NCBI GenBank assembly: GCA_038087875.1
Contig: JAXLNO010000219.1
Location: forward strand, 62,001 to 126,000
Length of the DNA stretch: 64,000 nt
From: Malacoraja senta
Lineage: Eukaryota
Direction of reading: 5' to 3'
Shown here piece after piece: positions 61,335 to 64,000 of this stretch. How positions within the stretch are numbered: position 1 is the first letter of the stretch; each line of letters starts with the position of its first letter. The notes beneath the pieces were generated by a model. That model had not been told where the DNA came from and did not search any database. It worked only from the letters and a program-made list of their open reading frames with translations. The position numbers and the translations under genes are program-made.

Positions 61335-61819
61335 ATGGTCGGACAGGGGCCAATGATGGTAGTTTATTCATTACTAATGCTGAACAGTTGCAAAGATACC
61401 AACTGCCGGTTGTAATTCCCTCCGCACAGATAGTTCCATTGCATGTGCAGAGTTGTGTTCAACCAGAGGCTGATTCTCTCAGAGGTAACATCAAAAACTA
61501 GTTTATCCATATTATATTTTTCAGAGTTTTGCATGTAAAAGGATCAGTGCTGCTGGGATTGTTTCCTGCCTGTGACGGAGACTGACAAACGAGGGTTGAT
61601 GTTTAAAGATTTTGCCCAGCTTTTCTTTTGTTGTCACATATCCTCCCTACAGCCCCCCACCCAACTCCCACCCCAAGGTGGCGACCTACAGAGGTCACAT
61701 TTATGGTGCTGTAGGTGCCATCTGATAATACCCTCAGATGATCCTTCCATGTGAATGAAGCTGAAGATGTGTTAGTGTAATTTACAGTCACGGGTGAAAA
61801 CAAGAAAGACTTGCACTTG

Positions 61820-63040
61820 AAGACACAAAGTGCTGGAGTGACTCAGCAGGTCAGGCAACCTCTCAGGTGAACATGGATAGGTGACGTTTTGGGTCGGGAC
61901 CTTTCCTCAGATTGATTGTAAGGGGTGGAGGAAAGAAAACAGTGAGAGAGGACGGGTAGGGCAAAGCCTGCCAGGTAATAGATGAACACAGGTGAGGGGG
62001 TTATTTGATAGGAAGATGGTCGGACAGGGGCCAATGATGAAAAGACAGAAGTTGTGAGACAAAAGGATTGACGAGTTGAGAATTCTGAAGCTAGAGGAAG
62101 GGATGTGGGTGAAAGGGGAGGGGGAAGAGGAGAAATGGGTGCGAGTCCAGGTGGGGCACAGGGGAGGGGGGAAGAAAGGCAGGAAGGTAAAGGGTTATAT
62201 ATTGGGAAGAAGGAAGAGAGGATGGGTTATGTAGTTATCTAAAATTGGAGAATTCAATGTTCATACTGTTGGGTTGCAAGCTACACAAGTGGAATATGAG
62301 GTGCTGTTCCTCCAGTTTGTTTGTGGCCGCACTCTGGCCCAGGACAGGAAGGTCAGTATGGAAATGGGAAGAGGTGTTAAAATAGACAGAAACTGGGAGA
62401 ACCAGCAGGGGAGGAGAAGTGAAAGCAGAACTGTGGGACACAAAGGAGACACAGGTGAGGGATCCATCTCTGACAGCAGGGGGTAAAACACATTTACTAA
62501 AGAACGAGGACATCTCAGATGCACTAGCTTTCTCTTTGGAGACGGAGAATTGAGAGTGGGAGATAGCACCTTTGCCAGAGGTAGGATGGGAGGATGTATA
62601 ATCCACATAACTGTGGAAGTTATTAGGTTTGTAGAAGACAGCAGTTGATAGACTGTCCCTATGATGGAGACAGAGAGATGAGGAAAGGGGAGGGAGGTGT
62701 CAGAAAAAATCCAAGTGAATTTGAGGGCAGGATGGAAGTTAGTGGTAAAGTGAATGAAATCAATGAGTTCTGCATGGGTGCAGGAGGCAGCTCCGATGCA
62801 GTTATTGAAGTAGCAGGGAAAAAGTTGGGGGATGGTGCCAGTGTATGTTTGGAACAAGGGCTGATCGATGTAACCTTCAAAAGGCAGGCATATCTGCAGC
62901 CCATGCAAGTACCAGTCTCAGATGTAGGTCAGAAGGGACTGGGCAAGGAGAGTTAGGATGGAATCAAGGTATTTGGAGATGAGTTCAGAGAGGCAAGAGC
63001 AGACAGAAACAATGGGCATGCCTGGGCAGTCCTGTTTGTG
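61820..63040 (-). mobile_element. Penelope-like element remnant (RT C-terminal part, ORF end, terminal repeat)
   Basis: CIGAASC..L.DFIHFTTNFHPALKFTW..SDTSLPF, DYTSSHP and KLEEQHLIFHLCSLQPNSMNIEFSNF, followed by a terminus with a hammerhead-like motif. Confidence 0.75.
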
Positions 63041-63269
63041 AACATTATTTCTATAAAGACTTGCACTTACATAATACCTTTCAGGTCATCAATGAATGCA
63101 TTCTGAAGTAATATTACTTTTGTAATGGAGGAAACACAGGAGTCAATTTGTGTACATCAAGCTCCATAAACAAAAAAAAAACAAAGTGCTGGAGTAACTC
63201 AATGTGTCAGCCAGCACCTTTGGAGGACATGGATGGGTGACATTAAACAATAGTGCAATAACAACCAGA

Positions 63270-63540
63270 TAAGCTGTGATAATGTTGATTGGAAAATCAC
63301 TGTTAGCCAGGATACCAAGCATAACTTCCCTGCTCTTACTTGAAATAGATGTCTTAAGATCTTCAATGTCCACTTCCATAGCTCAGTTTAATACTTTACC
63401 TAGAACTCAGCATGTTTGAAAGTACAGCGCTCCATTAATACTGCACAGAATCATGAAATTAGATTTCTCAAGCTTCATTCTCTGGAATGGGTCAAATGTT
63501 TGACTTGAGGAGAATGTGTTGGTCTCTACTGACACATCGA
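63270..63540 (-). mobile_element. Degenerate DeuSINE-like SINE
   Basis: gccaggatacc...cttccctgctcttacttgaaatag...gatctt, the reverse of the Deu-like segment. Confidence 0.4.
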
Positions 63541-64000
63541 AACATAGCTTTAAAATAATTATCTGTATCTTAAAGCTTTCTTTCGCAGGGAACTCTTTTG
63601 TACTTTATTGATATATAATCTGCTTTTAGTTCCAATAATTAAAAGAAACTGAATGCTTTGCTACTTTATGTCCATTGTCACCATTAATCCCCACCTTTAT
63701 CAGCAAATGAATCACATGTATTTAAATCATTGCATTCACATGAAACCCCCTGCAGTTCCCAGAGGATGGCTGGCTGTGCTGGCGAGAAGACCATCACATC
63801 CTTTGATTAAAGGATGGCTGGATTCCCTACTGAGACAGGCACAATTTCTGAGAATATTTCAAATATGAATTATTACTGGAGATGCATGCATTCAAGGTTT
63901 TATTCCAATTTAAAAAAAATCAAGCTTGTGCCAGCTTTCATGTTCCATTGGAGCCTCGTTCAAAGCATGAACATGGTCCAACTCGATGCTGGCACACCTT

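Overview
Eukaryotic, vertebrate DNA; the repeat families point to a cartilaginous fish, probably a skate or ray (inferred, not proven). The only host gene I can support is a minus-strand copine, most like CPNE4. Three phase-0 coding exons of its C2B region lie at 59172-59261, 3336-3434 and 3117-3203, and the ORF track misses all three. They are separated by a 55.7-kb and a 132-bp intron. The long intron is a nested transposon landscape: (1) a Tc1 element interrupted by a DIRS1 retrotransposon with complete termini and by a CR1 fragment; (2) a hAT element inside a V-SINE inside a Rex1/L2-like LINE; (3) a Harbinger-like non-autonomous element carrying a nested MITE and an intact full-length L1; (4) a decayed L1 whose 3' UTR is split by a young CR1 with esterase ORF1 and intact ORF2; (5) a non-autonomous Gypsy-type LTR element with a 50-bp higher-order repeat; (6) many Penelope-derived short repeats with hammerhead-like cores. 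The strongest leads are an in-phase U UUA AAC -1 frameshift heptamer at the CR1 ORF1/ORF2 junction, a 26-bp locally templated insert at a CR1 5' junction, and near-identical inverted CR1 copies bracketing a copine exon. Family names come from motif recognition by eye; no database search was run.
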